Source: Candidatus Eiseniibacteriota bacterium (lineage in GTDB: Bacteria > Eisenbacteria > RBG-16-71-46). From it: DNA of 64,000 bases. The position numbers and the translations under genes are program-made. The notes under the pieces are model-generated. The model was given only the letters and a program-made list of their open reading frames with translations. It did not search any database and was not told where the DNA came from. The first letter of the stretch is position 1. The number at the start of each line of letters is the position of its first letter. Positions 18,434-29,723 of the stretch are shown here, in pieces. The DNA lies in contig CAVZLN010000009.1 of assembly GCA_963776245.1 (NCBI GenBank), positions 32,001 through 96,000 of the forward strand. The letters are read 5' to 3'.

Positions 18434-20725
18434 TCAGGCGGTGGCGACCACCTGCGGCACCGCGTGGCCGGCGGCCCTCGCGGGCTGGGACTCGAGCGCG
18501 CGCAGCACCACCAGCGTGATGTCGTCCTGGGGCTCGCGACCGGCGAGGAAATCGCGGTGTCCATCCAGCAGGCGCTCGCCGAACGACTGCGCGCTCAGCT
18601 CGCGCGGCAGGGACTCCGCCAGCGCCATCAGGCGCTCCTCGCCGAACTCCTCCCCTCCGGCATCGCGCGCCTCGGTGATCCCGTCGGTGTAGAGCAGCAC
18701 GACGTCACCCGGAGTGAGTTCCACGCGGTCGGTCTCGAACGCGCCGTGCTCGAAGATCCCGAGCGGGGTGCCGCCGCGCACCAGGAACTCGCGGCCGCCG
18801 CCGCGCCGCAACACCACCGGCCAGTTGTGACCCGCGTTGGAGAACGTGATCTCCAGCCGCGCCCCGTCCACCCGCGCGAGGAAGAAGGTGGCGAACTGGT
18901 TGAGGTCGGTGCTGTGGTAGAGCAGCGCGCTCATGTTGCGCAGGATGTCGTCGAGCCGGGGCACGCTCGCGGCCTGGGTGCGCAACGACGCCTGCAGCAT
19001 CGCCGAGAGCAGCGCCGCGGGCACTCCTTTGCCCGACACGTCGGCGATCGCCACCAGATGGGAGCCGCCATCGGTGGCCACCACGTCGTAGAAGTCCCCG
19101 CCCACCTCCTTCGACGGGATGTAGAACGCGTGCACCTCGCAGCGCGGCAACCGCGGGAACTCCGACAGCAGCGAGGCGCGCTGGATGCGCCGCGCCAGCG
19201 CCAGTTCCTGTTCCACGCGCGCCAGCGCCACCCGCTCGCGCAGCAGCAGCGCGTTCTGGAGCGACACCGACACCTGGGCGGCGAGGGTGGTGAGCAGGGT
19301 CACGTCCTCGGCGGTGTAGTCGGTGCCCACCAGCTTGGGCCCGAGCAGGATCGCGCCCACCAGGTCGTCACGCCAGCGCAGCGGCACCAGCAGCGCCACG
19401 CCCGGCAGCCGTGACAGCGTCCGGCACTCGCTGTCGTCGAGGCCCGCGATGCCCTCCGCGCAGCGCGCGCTGGTGACGTCCGCGCTCACCTTCGGCAGCA
19501 ACTGGCGCAGCAGGGCGACCGCCTCGGGGCTCAGGTCCCCGCCCCCGCCGGTGCGCGAGATCGCGCCGTCCTCGGTGAACGCCACGATCCACGCGCCGCG
19601 CGGCAGGAGCGCCGCCGCCAGCGTGCGGATGGTGCGGCCCAGCAGGTCCTCCAGGTCGATGGTGGTCTGCAGGTCGCGCCCGAGTGCGCGCAGCACGTTG
19701 CGATAGTCGTTCGGGTCGCGCATCAGCATGCGGTCGAGCCATTGCTCGAGCCGCGCGATGACCGGCTGGTAGAGCGCCAGCGCCAGCACCAGGAACACCG
19801 GCCCGAGCACCCGCGCGTCGAGCCCCGTGAGCCCGGGTAGCGCGCGGTTGAGCCGCTCGACCAGCAGCAGGTAGAGGCCGACCAGCGCCGCCGACACCAG
19901 CGCGTAGAGGATGCCCCGGCGCGCGATCAGGCGCGCGTCGAGGAACTTGTGGCGCACCACCGCGTACGCGATGGCGCCCGGGCCGAGCGTGAGCGCGGTG
20001 AGCGTGAGCGCGGCCTGCAGGCTCCCCGACAGGCGCAGGTTGAACAGCGTCGGCACCGAGGTGGCCGCCGAATAGAACGCCAGGCACGCCGAGAGACCCA
20101 CCGCAATGACGCGCAGTTGCTGCCTCAGCCGTGGCACGCGCGCGTGCCGGTAGGCGTCGAACAACAGCACCATGGTGGCGAGCCCGAAACCGAGGTTCAC
20201 GAGCGAGAACAGCGCGCGGTGCACGAGCAGGAACAGCTCCACCACCAGCCCGCCGACGCGCACCAGCGTGGCCAGCACCTGGGTCGCGCCGTGACCATCG
20301 AACTTCAGGTCCGGGCGCCACAGGCTCAGCACCAGCGCGAGCGCGAAGTGCACCGCGTGGGGGGCGAACACCAGGGTCTCGAAGCCCGGCAGGCCGAAGC
20401 CCCAGCGGCGCTCCTGCAATCCACGGATGAAGCGGCGGTCCTCGGGGAAGATGCACGCGAACAGGAAGAGCGTGGGGAAGAAGAACTCCCACACGTACGA
20501 CATGCTCTGGAGCAGCGGTGCGGTGGCCACCGCGCCCTTCGCGCTCTGCGCCGCCATGAACGAGAGCGCCGCCAGCACCGCGCCGAATCCGCCGAAGAAC
20601 AGCATCAGCGCGACCACGCGGTTGAGGCGCTGGCCCGGGTTCTCGCGCAGGATCACGAACCCGAGCAGGAACACCAGTCCGCCCAGCGAGAGGTTCAGCG
20701 TTGAGAGCAGGAGGAAGGAGTTCAT
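18434..20725 (-). CDS. Membrane sensor + GAF + PP2C/SpoIIE phosphatase (RsbU-like)
   Basis: N-terminal multi-TM region, GAF-like segment, EVGGDFYD, IADVSGKGVPAAL, LYTDGITEA, QDDITL. Confidence 0.9.
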   Translation of the reverse strand: MNSFLLLSTLNLSLGGLVFLLGFVILRENPGQRLNRVVALMLFFGGFGAVLAALSFMAAQSAKGAVATAPLLQSMSYVWEFFFPTLFLFACIFPEDRRFIRGLQERRWGFGLPGFETLVFAPHAVHFALALVLSLWRPDLKFDGHGATQVLATLVRVGGLVVELFLLVHRALFSLVNLGFGLATMVLLFDAYRHARVPRLRQQLRVIAVGLSACLAFYSAATSVPTLFNLRLSGSLQAALTLTALTLGPGAIAYAVVRHKFLDARLIARRGILYALVSAALVGLYLLLVERLNRALPGLTGLDARVLGPVFLVLALALYQPVIARLEQWLDRMLMRDPNDYRNVLRALGRDLQTTIDLEDLLGRTIRTLAAALLPRGAWIVAFTEDGAISRTGGGGDLSPEAVALLRQLLPKVSADVTSARCAEGIAGLDDSECRTLSRLPGVALLVPLRWRDDLVGAILLGPKLVGTDYTAEDVTLLTTLAAQVSVSLQNALLLRERVALARVEQELALARRIQRASLLSEFPRLPRCEVHAFYIPSKEVGGDFYDVVATDGGSHLVAIADVSGKGVPAALLSAMLQASLRTQAASVPRLDDILRNMSALLYHSTDLNQFATFFLARVDGARLEITFSNAGHNWPVVLRRGGGREFLVRGGTPLGIFEHGAFETDRVELTPGDVVLLYTDGITEARDAGGEEFGEERLMALAESLPRELSAQSFGERLLDGHRDFLAGREPQDDITLVVLRALESQPARAAGHAVPQVVATA

Positions 20726-20950
20726 CGCCTCATGGGGCGGACCTCGCCCGGGGGGTCAGCGGGACGGCACGCGCGGAGTCTTCCATGCCCCGCGTCCGCC
20801 GTCCAGCCCGTACGCCGGTGGGACGTCCGTCCGGCGCCCATCGTTGCGCGCACCGGACCAGCGCGGGCAGCGCCACGACCAGCGGGTCGAGCGCCGCCCG
20901 CGCCGGAGCGGCCCCCCCACCGGTGTCCCGGCGGACGCCGCGCGAGGGCC

Positions 20951-21331
20951 TCAGCCGCGCCGAGCGCTCGCCCGACGGGGGCGCTCGTAGCGGGCGACCA
21001 CCGTCGTGGTGATCCCCCCGCGCACGTTGAAGCGCCCGATGACGCTCAGCCGCCGCGGCCTCATCGATTTCACCAGATCGTCCCGGACCTGGTTGGTGAC
21101 CTGTTCGAAGTAGTGCCCCTCGTCGCGGAACGACCACAGGTAGAGCTTGAGCGACTTGAGTTCGACGCAGAGCCGGTCGGGCACGTACGTCACCACGATG
21201 GTGCCGAAGTCGGGCTGGCCGGTGACCGGGCACACCGCGGTGAACTCCGGGCACTCGTGGCGGACGACGTAGTCACGGTCGGGGCTCGGATTGGCGAAGG
21301 TCACGAGCGTCCGGTCGGGCTTGCTGGGCAT
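20951..21331 (-). CDS. queF: NADPH-dependent 7-cyano-7-deazaguanine reductase (unimodular)
   Basis: PEFT..CP.TGQPDF, QueF motif [14 protein letters not shown]. Confidence 0.92.
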   Translation of the reverse strand: MPSKPDRTLVTFANPSPDRDYVVRHECPEFTAVCPVTGQPDFGTIVVTYVPDRLCVELKSLKLYLWSFRDEGHYFEQVTNQVRDDLVKSMRPRRLSVIGRFNVRGGITTTVVARYERPRRASARRG

Positions 21332-21451
21332 GGGCTCTCCTGGTCATCGGGGCGCGCTCGGCGGCGCTCATCCCGTCCACGGCACCACACCGCGCGCATC
21401 GCGGTCAAGGGGCGGCATCTTCGCCTCGAGCAGACCCGCCCGATCGCGGGG

Positions 21452-21650
21452 GCCGGGGAGCGGGCCCGGATCCTCCGCGGTGCAATACCCACACGCACCG
21501 CTCCGGACCTGGGCCCGCTCCCCGGCTGGTGACTGGTCGTGGCCGGATCCTCCGCGGTGCAATGCCCACGCGCACGGCTCCGGACCGGGGCACACTCCCC
21601 GGCCTGTGCCTGGTCGCGCTCCCCGGCTGGTGCTTGGGCGTGGCCGGCTC
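21452..21650. repeat. Hairpin repeat element copy A (21452-21526) plus tandem degenerate copy B (core 77 bp downstream) and a partial third
   Basis: CCGGATCCTCCGCGGTGCAAT(A/G)CCCAC(A/G)CGCAC(C/G)GCTCCGGACC at 21466 and 21543. Copy A has perfect 16-bp inverted arms at 21452-21467 and 21511-21526. Confidence 0.85.
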
Positions 21651-21678
21651 CGCGCTCGCGTGGTAATGTCGGCGCCCC

Positions 21679-23013
21679 ATGAAGCGCGTGTTCCTCGAGA
21701 CCTACGGCTGCCAGATGAACGTCGCCGACAGCGAGCTGATCGCCGGCGTGCTCGAGCGCGCCGGCCTCGAGCTGTGCGCCCGCGCCGAAGACGCCGATGC
21801 CGTGCTGCTCAACACCTGCGCCATCCGCGAGCACGCCGAGCAACGCGTGATCGGGCGGCTTGGCGACTTCGCGCGGCTCAAGAAGTCCAATCCGCATCTC
21901 GTTGTGGGCGTTGCCGGTTGCATGGCACAGCATCTGCGGTCCCGGCTCCTCGACCAGGCCGGCGTGCTGGACCTGGTGGTGGGCCCCGACGGCTACCGGC
22001 GGCTGCCCGAACTGCTCAGGCGCGCGGCGGACGAGCCGGTCGCCCACGTGCGACTGGACCGCGACGAGACCTACGGCGACCTCGAACCGAAACGGGAGAG
22101 CGGGGTGCGCGCGTGGGTGACCGTGCAGCGGGGGTGCGACCGATTCTGCACCTACTGCGTGGTCCCTTACACGCGCGGGCGCGAGCGGAGCCTGCCGCTC
22201 GCCGACCTGGTGCGCCAGGTGCGCGAGGCGGTGGCGCGCGGATTCCGTGAGGTCGTGCTGCTCGGGCAGACGGTGAACTCCTACCACGACGGCACCCACG
22301 ACTTCGCCGACCTGCTGCGCGCCACCGCCGAGGTGGAGGGCGTGCTGCGCATCCGCTACACCTCGCCCCACCCGTGCGACATGAGCGAACGCGTGATCGC
22401 GGCCATGGCCGAGTGCGACAAGGTATGCCCGCAGGCGCACCTGCCGCTCCAGTCGGGCTCGGACAGCGTGCTCGCGGCGATGCAGCGCACGTACACGCTG
22501 GCGCACTACCTCGACGTGGTCGCGCGCCTGCGCGCCGCCATCCCGGGGATCGCGCTGAGCACCGACCTGATCGCCGGCTTCCCCGGCGAGACCGACGACG
22601 ACTTCCAGCGCACGCTCGACGCGATGCACGAGGTGCGCTGGGACAGCGCGTTCCTGTTCAAGTACTCGGCGCGCCCCGACACCCGGGCGTTCGGGCGGGG
22701 CGAGACCCTATCGGAGGAGGAGAAGGGCCAGCGACTCACGCGGCTGATCGAGGCCCAGCACCGCATCTCGGGCGAGATCAACGACACCTGGCTCGGGCGC
22801 GAGGTCGAGGTGTTGATCGAGGGCGCCGCGCGCCGGGACGAGGCGCAGTTGTCCGGCAAGAGCCCGCACTTCAAGACCGTGGTGCTGCCCGACGACGGCA
22901 CGCCCGTGGGCGCGCTCAAGCGCGTGCGTGTGGTGGGCTCGACCCCGATCACCCTGTTCGGCGAGCCGCTCCCCGCGCGCGCCCGCGAACTGCCGCTGCT
23001 GCCGATCGGATAG
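21679..23013 (+). CDS. miaB: tRNA-2-methylthio-N6-dimethylallyladenosine synthase
   Basis: TYGCQMN..DSE, NTCAIRE.AE, radical SAM CDRFCTYC, C-terminal TRAM domain. Confidence 0.95.
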   Translation: MKRVFLETYGCQMNVADSELIAGVLERAGLELCARAEDADAVLLNTCAIREHAEQRVIGRLGDFARLKKSNPHLVVGVAGCMAQHLRSRLLDQAGVLDLVVGPDGYRRLPELLRRAADEPVAHVRLDRDETYGDLEPKRESGVRAWVTVQRGCDRFCTYCVVPYTRGRERSLPLADLVRQVREAVARGFREVVLLGQTVNSYHDGTHDFADLLRATAEVEGVLRIRYTSPHPCDMSERVIAAMAECDKVCPQAHLPLQSGSDSVLAAMQRTYTLAHYLDVVARLRAAIPGIALSTDLIAGFPGETDDDFQRTLDAMHEVRWDSAFLFKYSARPDTRAFGRGETLSEEEKGQRLTRLIEAQHRISGEINDTWLGREVEVLIEGAARRDEAQLSGKSPHFKTVVLPDDGTPVGALKRVRVVGSTPITLFGEPLPARARELPLLPIG

Positions 23014-23022
23014 GCGACCGCC

Positions 23023-23946
23023 TCAGCGCCCGGCGGCGCGCTCCCACGCGGCGAGCCCCGCGCCCACCACCCCGGCCCGATCGCCGAGGGACGCCGGCAC
23101 GATGCGCAGGCCACGGACGTGCGAGGCGAGCGCGTGACGCTCGACCGAGGCGCGCACCGGGACGAGCAGCGCCTCGCCCGCCTGGGCCACCCCACCACCC
23201 AGCACCACCACGTCGGGATCGAGCAGATTGACGGCGGCTCCGATCATGCGCCCGAGCTGATGCGCGAGGCGCGCGATCAGCGCGCGCGCCCGGGGATCGC
23301 CGGACTGGGCCAGGGCGAAGACCGCGCGCGCGTCCGCCACGTCGAGTCCCGCCTCACGAGCCGCGGCCACCAGCCCCTCGCCCGCCGCCTCGGGCTCGAC
23401 GCAGCCGTCCACCCCGCACGCGCACGCCACGCCGCCGCCCCCGAGGGGCAGGTGCCCGATCTCCCCAGCGCCCCCGCGCGCGCCGCGCAGCACCCGGCCG
23501 TCGACCACGATGCCGCACCCGACGCCGGTGCCGACCGTGATGGTGAGCGACACGCGAGCGCCGCGCGCGGCACCCAGGTGATGCTCGGCGAGCGCGGCGA
23601 AGTTGGCGTCGTTGTCCACCGCGACCGGGAGTGCGAGCCGTCCCTCCAGCTCGGCGCGGAGCGGCAGCCCGTTCCAGTGGGGCAGGTGCGCCGTGGTGCC
23701 GACCATGGCGCCGCTGCCGGGATCGATGACCCCCGGCGAGCCGAGTCCGGCGGCGCGCACCGGCACCTCAGCCAGCGCGCGGAGCCGCGCGGCGGCCGCG
23801 GCGATCGCGTCGAGCGGCGGCACCGGCCCTTCCCCCACGCGCGACGGCGCGCGCGCGAGATGGCGCATGGCGCCGTCCTCGTCCACCAGCGCGGACTTGA
23901 GGTCGGTGCCACCGAGGTCGAAGGCGAGCACGCAGGCAGGTGTCAT
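23023..23946 (-). CDS. ROK family sugar kinase (glucokinase-like)
   Basis: DLGGT, DNDAN.AALAE, GTGVG.G, GEIGH, CACG..GC.E. Confidence 0.9.
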   Translation of the reverse strand: MTPACVLAFDLGGTDLKSALVDEDGAMRHLARAPSRVGEGPVPPLDAIAAAAARLRALAEVPVRAAGLGSPGVIDPGSGAMVGTTAHLPHWNGLPLRAELEGRLALPVAVDNDANFAALAEHHLGAARGARVSLTITVGTGVGCGIVVDGRVLRGARGGAGEIGHLPLGGGGVACACGVDGCVEPEAAGEGLVAAAREAGLDVADARAVFALAQSGDPRARALIARLAHQLGRMIGAAVNLLDPDVVVLGGGVAQAGEALLVPVRASVERHALASHVRGLRIVPASLGDRAGVVGAGLAAWERAAGR

Positions 23947-24065
23947 GGCCGGCACCTTAGCACGCGCCCACGCCGTTCCGGCCGCCGGCCACGTCCGGGG
24001 CCCCGAGTCCGCGGCGCGAGGGAGGATGCTGGACCGCGCGCGCGCCAGCGTGTCAGAGTGCGCCG

Positions 24066-26495
24066 ATGCGATGGCTCCCGTTCACGGTCCTCTTCGCCGC
24101 GGTCGCGCTGGTGGCGATCCCGGCCGACACGTCGGTGGGCGACCCCGATGGGCCGCTCCCGGCCGTCGGCGAGGCCGGGAACCTCACGCTGGCCGGGCTC
24201 GCGGCCCCCGCGGAGATCGTCACCGACCGCTGGGGCATCCCCCACCTGCGCGCCCAGAACCTCCCGGACCTCTACCTGGTGTGGGGGTTCGTCTCCGCGC
24301 GCGATCGGCTGTGGCAGCTCGAGCGCGCGCGCCGCGCGGCGCGCGGCCGGCTGTGGGAATGGGCGGGCAACACCACCCTCGAGGCGGACGGTGGCGCTCA
24401 GCTGTTCCGGCTCCGCGAGCGTGCCGCGGCCATCTGGGAGCGCGAGCGCCACCAGCCCGCCACGCGCGAGCCGCTCGAACGCTTCGCCGCGGGCGTGAAC
24501 GCCTATCTCGCGCTCTGCCGCCGGGGCGCGGCGCCGTGGCCGCCCGAGTTCACGCGCCTCGGTCACACACCCGAGGACTGGCGCCCCGAGGACAGCTTCC
24601 TGCTGCTGCTCGGCATGGGGATCACCCTCGACCTCGACCTGCCCGAGCTGCGCGAGGCGCGCGAGCTCGAGCAGCGCGACGCGGCGCGGATCGCGGAGCG
24701 GCGGCGGTTCGAGGGCCGCTGGATCTACGACACCATCCCCGACAGCGCGGCGCGTCGCGTCGAAGCGGGCGTCCGCGCTGCCCCGCGCTCCCCAGTCCGC
24801 GCCGGCCGCGTGGCGCTCCCGCCCGGCATGCTTGAAGGCGCCGACCGCGCGCTCTTGGCGCTCGCCCGGCCACCCGACGACGATGGCGCGCTGCGGGCCA
24901 GCAACGTGTTCGCCGTCGGCCCGCGCCGCAGCGCCTCGGGCGCTCCGCTGCTCGCCAACGACCCGCACCTCTCCCTCGCCACGCCCGGGCCGTTCCACGT
25001 CGTGCACGTGTGCGTGCCCGGCGTGGTGGACGCGGCCGGCGCGTGCATCCCCGGACTGCCGGCGATCGTCAGCGGTCGCAATCGCGAGTGCGCCTGGGGC
25101 GTCACCGCGCTCTCGGCCGACGTCGTGGACGTGTACGCCGACACGCTCTCGGCGGACGGCCGGCGCGTGCGCGGGAAGGACGGCTGGGCCCCAGTGGTCG
25201 AACGGCCGTTCGACCTGCGGTACCGCTTCCTCGGCATGCCCATACCTCCGTTCGGCCAGCTGCGCCGGTACACCTCGCACGGCCCGGTGGTGGCGTTCGA
25301 CCGCCGTCACCGGCTGGCGCTCAGCTTGCGCTGGACCGCGTTCGAGGACGACCGCATCACGCTCACGCGGATGCTGGGCGTGGAGCGCTCGCGCGACGCC
25401 GCCGAGGTGGCGGCGCGCTTCGCGACGCTGGTGACGCCCACGCTCAACCTGGTGGCCGCCGACCGCGGCGGTCACGTGCTCTATCGGGCGTGCGGCCTGC
25501 TGCCGCGGCGCGCCGCGGATCCCGGGCCCGGTCCGCTGCCGGGCGACGGGCGCCACGAGTGGCTGGGGTTCCTCGACACCGCCGACATGCCGGCGTGGGA
25601 AGTGCCGGCCGAGGGCGTGGTGGTGAATGCCAACAACCGCCCGGAGCGCCCGGTGTTCCCGGTGGCGCTGCCGCGCTTCGACTGGGCGCACGACCGTGCG
25701 CTGCGCATCTCCCGGAGGCTGGCCGGCGACCCGTCGATCACCCTCGCCGACCTGCGCAGCGTGCAGAACGACGTGTACTCCACCATGGCGTCACGCTTCG
25801 TGCCGCGCCTGGTGGCGTGCGCGGACTCGGCGCGCGGGCGGCTCTCGCCCCGCGCGCGCGCCGCGCTCGACACGCTGCGGGCCTGGGACTTCCAGGCGCG
25901 CCGGCCGCGCGTGGCGCCGACCCTGTGGCGCGCGTGGTACGCGGCCCTGGCGCGACGATGGGGGCTCGAGGGGCTGCCCGGGCGCATGCTCGCCACCCTC
26001 GACGGCGAGGCGAGCGAGACTCCCGCCCTCACCGCGGTGACCGAGTCCCCCGCGCGGGCGGCCGCCGCCTCGCTCGACACCGCGCTGGTCGATCTCGAGC
26101 GTCTGCTCGGTCCGGATCTCGCGACCTGGACGTGGTCGCGGGCTCATCGCGCGCGCTTCCCGCGGGATCTCGAGCGCTGGTTCCCGGACGAGCCCCGGTG
26201 GCGCACCGCGAGCGTGCCGGTGGACGGCGACAACTCCTCGCCGTGCGTGGCGCCCTCGCGGCTGCCGCGCTCCATCGCGGTCGTCCACGGCCCGGTGTTC
26301 CGGCACCTGGTGGATCTCGCGGTCGCCGATTCGTCGCTCGCGGTGGTGCCGCCCGCGAACGCGGCGCCCGGCGCGCGCGGGGCCGCGGATCTGGCGTCCG
26401 CGTGGGCGAACCACGGCTACGTGCCGCTGTTCCTCGACGGCCCGCGGGTGGCGAGGGTGGCGCGCGGGCGCCTCGCGCTCATCCCCGCCCGCTGA
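24066..26495 (+). CDS. Penicillin acylase family Ntn-hydrolase (exported)
   Basis: D.WGIPH, RDRLWQ, beta-subunit N-terminus SNVFAV...S.SGAPLLANDPHL, NANN. Confidence 0.9.
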   Translation: MRWLPFTVLFAAVALVAIPADTSVGDPDGPLPAVGEAGNLTLAGLAAPAEIVTDRWGIPHLRAQNLPDLYLVWGFVSARDRLWQLERARRAARGRLWEWAGNTTLEADGGAQLFRLRERAAAIWERERHQPATREPLERFAAGVNAYLALCRRGAAPWPPEFTRLGHTPEDWRPEDSFLLLLGMGITLDLDLPELREARELEQRDAARIAERRRFEGRWIYDTIPDSAARRVEAGVRAAPRSPVRAGRVALPPGMLEGADRALLALARPPDDDGALRASNVFAVGPRRSASGAPLLANDPHLSLATPGPFHVVHVCVPGVVDAAGACIPGLPAIVSGRNRECAWGVTALSADVVDVYADTLSADGRRVRGKDGWAPVVERPFDLRYRFLGMPIPPFGQLRRYTSHGPVVAFDRRHRLALSLRWTAFEDDRITLTRMLGVERSRDAAEVAARFATLVTPTLNLVAADRGGHVLYRACGLLPRRAADPGPGPLPGDGRHEWLGFLDTADMPAWEVPAEGVVVNANNRPERPVFPVALPRFDWAHDRALRISRRLAGDPSITLADLRSVQNDVYSTMASRFVPRLVACADSARGRLSPRARAALDTLRAWDFQARRPRVAPTLWRAWYAALARRWGLEGLPGRMLATLDGEASETPALTAVTESPARAAAASLDTALVDLERLLGPDLATWTWSRAHRARFPRDLERWFPDEPRWRTASVPVDGDNSSPCVAPSRLPRSIAVVHGPVFRHLVDLAVADSSLAVVPPANAAPGARGAADLASAWANHGYVPLFLDGPRVARVARGRLALIPAR

Positions 26496-26508
26496 GCGAC
26501 GACCCGCC

Positions 26509-28644
26509 TCAGTACGCCGCGAGCTCCCGGATCGCGCGCAGCATGGTGTCCTTCTGCGGCAGGATGACGTCCTCGAGCGTGGGCGCGTAGGCCACCGGCG
26601 TGTCGAGCGCGCCCACCCGCACCACCGGCGCGTCGAGGTCCGTGAAGCACTCCGCGGCCACCCGCGCCGCGACCTCGGCGCCGAAACCGCAGAACAGCGT
26701 GTCCTCGTGCGCCACGATCAGCCGGCCGGTCTTCTTCACCGAGCGTGCCACCGCCGCGAAATCCAGCGGCTGGATGGTGCGCAGGTCGAGCACCTCGGTG
26801 TCGATGCCCTCCTCGGCCAGCTCCTGGGCCGCGAGGTAGGTGCGCTGGACCAGCGCGCCGTAGGTCACCACGGTCACGTCGCCGCCCTCGCGCACCACGC
26901 GCGCGCGCCCGAAGGGCACGGTGTACTCGGGCCCCGGGTACGGCCGCTTGGCGTAGGGCTGGCGGTAGAGGTGCTTGTGCTCGAGGAACAGCACCGGATC
27001 CTCGCTGCGCAGCGCCGTGCGCATCAGGCCGGCGGCGTCGAGCGCGTTGCTGGGGATGACCACCCGCAGCCCCGGGCAGTGCGCGAAGATGCTCTCGCCG
27101 CACTGGCTGTGGTATGGGGCGCCGCCGCGCAGGTAGCCGCCGTAGGCGCTGCGGATGATCACCGGGCACGAGAAGGCGTTATTCGAGCGGTACCGCATGT
27201 AGCCCAGCTCGTCGCGGATCTGCATCATCGCGGGCCAGATGTAGTCGAAGAACTGGATCTCGACCACGGGCCGCAGGCCGAGCGTGGCAAGCCCGATGGC
27301 GCGCCCGACGATATTGGCCTCGGCGAGCGGCGAGTTGTACACGCGCTTCCCGCCGAACTGTTTCTGCAGTCCCCAGGTGACGCCGAACACCCCGCCCTTG
27401 CCCTTGATGTCCCCCAGCACCGACTCGTCGGAGGCGTCTGCGACGTCCTCGCCGAACACCAGGATGCGCGCGTCACGCTTCATCTCGTCGCGCAGGCAGT
27501 AGTTGATGCTCTGCAGCATGGTCTCGGCCGAGTCCGCGTTGCTGGGCTGCGGCTCGCTCACGAACCGGTCCGACGTGGGATCCACGTCCGGCGAGAACAC
27601 GTACAGCGCCGCGGTGTGCACCCCGGGCTGGGAGGACGTCTGCGCCTCCTCGCTGGCCTGGCGCAGCGCCGCGTCGACCTCCTCGTGCAGCTCGCGGCGC
27701 GCGGCCTCGTCGAGCGCCCCCTCCCGCTCGAGGAAGCCGGCGAAGGTCCGCAGGCAATCCTGTTCGGCCTCGGCCTCGCGCAGGTGCTTCGGCTTGTACT
27801 TGGTCTCGTCGTCCGACATCGAGTGCGAGTACGGACGCGTGACCCGGGCGCGCACGAACGCGGGGCCCTTGCGCTGGCGGCAGTGCGCGATCGCGTCCCG
27901 CAGCGCGGCGGTCGAGGCGATCGGGTCGCTGCCGTCCACATCGCCGGTCCAGTGCAGGTTCGGGAACCCCTTCACCAGCTGCGCGATGTCCCCGCCCGCG
28001 GTCTGCACGCTGACCGGCACCGAGATGGCGTAGCCGTTGTCCTCGATCAGGAACAGCACCGGCAGGCGCAGATTGCACGCGGTATTGAGCGCCTCCCAGA
28101 ACTCGCCCTCGCTGGTGGTGCCGTCGCCGCCGCTGACGTACACCACCTCGTCGCCGGTGACGCGGCCCTTCAGCGACGGGTACTCGCCCTCGAGTTCGTG
28201 GTACTTGAGCAGCGCCTCGGCGGCGCCGACCGCCTGCAGGAACTGGGTCCCCGTCGGGCTCGATTGCGACACGATGTTCAGGCGCTGGTGCCCCCAGTGG
28301 CTCGGCATCTGGCGGCCGCCCGAATTCGGGTCCTCGGCCGCCGCGACGGCGGAGAGCAGCATCTCCCTGGGGGTCATGCCGAGCTGCAGGCAGAGCGCGC
28401 GATCGCGGTAGTAGGGGTAGAACCAGTCCTGGCCGGGCCTCAGCAGCCGCCCCGCCGCCGCGAGCACCGCCTCGTGCCCGGCGCCCGAGATCTGGAAGAA
28501 GATCTTGTCGAGCTTCTTGAGCCGGATCTCCTCGTCGTCCACGCGGCGCGAGGTGTACATGGTGCGGTACAGGCCGACGAGGTCCGCCCGCGACAGGCCC
28601 TGGTGCGGGGTCGCCGGGGTCACGTGGGCGCGCGGGGCCGCCAT
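26509..28644 (-). CDS. 2-oxoacid dehydrogenase E1 alpha/beta fusion (branched-chain type)
   Basis: [27 protein letters not shown] (TPP binding), HSMSDD, EIQFFDY, HSQ. Confidence 0.93.
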   Translation of the reverse strand: MAAPRAHVTPATPHQGLSRADLVGLYRTMYTSRRVDDEEIRLKKLDKIFFQISGAGHEAVLAAAGRLLRPGQDWFYPYYRDRALCLQLGMTPREMLLSAVAAAEDPNSGGRQMPSHWGHQRLNIVSQSSPTGTQFLQAVGAAEALLKYHELEGEYPSLKGRVTGDEVVYVSGGDGTTSEGEFWEALNTACNLRLPVLFLIEDNGYAISVPVSVQTAGGDIAQLVKGFPNLHWTGDVDGSDPIASTAALRDAIAHCRQRKGPAFVRARVTRPYSHSMSDDETKYKPKHLREAEAEQDCLRTFAGFLEREGALDEAARRELHEEVDAALRQASEEAQTSSQPGVHTAALYVFSPDVDPTSDRFVSEPQPSNADSAETMLQSINYCLRDEMKRDARILVFGEDVADASDESVLGDIKGKGGVFGVTWGLQKQFGGKRVYNSPLAEANIVGRAIGLATLGLRPVVEIQFFDYIWPAMMQIRDELGYMRYRSNNAFSCPVIIRSAYGGYLRGGAPYHSQCGESIFAHCPGLRVVIPSNALDAAGLMRTALRSEDPVLFLEHKHLYRQPYAKRPYPGPEYTVPFGRARVVREGGDVTVVTYGALVQRTYLAAQELAEEGIDTEVLDLRTIQPLDFAAVARSVKKTGRLIVAHEDTLFCGFGAEVAARVAAECFTDLDAPVVRVGALDTPVAYAPTLEDVILPQKDTMLRAIRELAAY

Positions 28645-28820
28645 GGCGGGGTCTCCTAGGGGTCCGGGGGTGGGGAACGACCGCGGCAGCCTACCCGAGC
28701 AGGGCGCGGCGCATCAACCGACCGACGGGCCGGGTCGCGCGCATCGGCAGTCAGGTGGCGTGGGCTGGACGGCCGCGGCCGCGGCGCCGCGGGTGGACCG
28801 CACCGGAGCGCCGGCGCGGA

Positions 28821-29591
28821 TCACGAGGCGATGGGAAGCCGGCGCCCGTTCGGCTCGAACAGCGGGCTGCGACGCAGGCCCCAACGATGAAGCCGGTACG
28901 ACACCGCGGTCGCGAGGACGCCCATGCCGTACACCACCGAGCGCCGGAAGTTGATGCTCGACGCCTCCGGGAAGTACTTCGCCGGGCAGCTGATCTCGCC
29001 GATCCGGAACCCGAAGGCCGCCGCCTGCGCCAGCATCTGGTTGTCGAAGACGAAGTCGTCGGAGTTCTCCTCCAATGGCAGGGTCTCCAGGAGCCTGCGA
29101 TTGAAGGCGCGATAGCCGGTGTGATACTCGGAGAGCTTGGTGCCCAGCAGGATGTTCTCGACCAGGGTGAGAAGGCGGTTGGCCACGAACTTGTACAGTG
29201 GCATCCCGCCCTTGAGGGCGCCCTCGGTGCCCAGGATCCGCGACCCCAACACGGCGTCGAACTCCTCGGAGGCCACCAGCCACGCCATCGCGCCGATCAG
29301 CCTGGGCGAGTACTGGTAGTCGGGGTGCAGCATGATCACGATGTCCGCGCCCCGCCTCAGGGCCTCCGCGTAGCACGTCTTCTGATTCCCGCCATACCCC
29401 GGTTCACCGGGTGCACGAGCGCGGGGATGCCGTGCTGGCGCGCCACCTCGACGGTGTTGTCCTGCGAGGCGTCGTCCACCAGGAGGAACTGGTCGACCAC
29501 CCCCGGCGGGATCTCCGCGAGGGTCGGGCCCCAGGGTCTTGGCGGCGTTGTAGGCGGGCAGGACCACCATGATATTCTTGCCATTGATCAC
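28821..29591 (-). CDS. GT2 family glycosyltransferase (polyprenol-phosphate sugar synthase-like), two compensating frameshifts
   Basis: [12 protein letters not shown], then in a shifted frame [11 protein letters not shown], then [28 protein letters not shown]. Confidence 0.85.
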   Translation of the reverse strand: MINGKNIMVVLPAYNAAKTLGPDPRGDPAGGGRPVPPGGRRLAGQHRRGGAPARHPRARAPGEPGYGGNQKTCYAEALRRGADIVIMLHPDYQYSPRLIGAMAWLVASEEFDAVLGSRILGTEGALKGGMPLYKFVANRLLTLVENILLGTKLSEYHTGYRAFNRRLLETLPLEENSDDFVFDNQMLAQAAAFGFRIGEISCPAKYFPEASSINFRRSVVYGMGVLATAVSYRLHRWGLRRSPLFEPNGRRLPIAS

Positions 29592-29723
29592 GATGCTGAC
29601 CTCGACGCTGCGGTGTCTGCGAGGGAGGTATCGGAAGCACCTGAGCCACGAATCGCCAGCACGATAGTAGCAGGGCGGGTGTGCCCACACCATGTGTTCG
29701 ATCCCGGTCCAGGGAGTTCCGAG

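Noticed and set aside
21331..21530. preQ1 riboswitch upstream of queF
   Set aside because: There is no preQ1-type pseudoknot or A-rich tail, and the hairpin recurs at 50.3 kb next to unrelated genes.
26509..28644. E1 alpha-beta fusion as a novelty
   Set aside because: Such fusions are widespread, for example in Bacteroidota and Chlamydiae.
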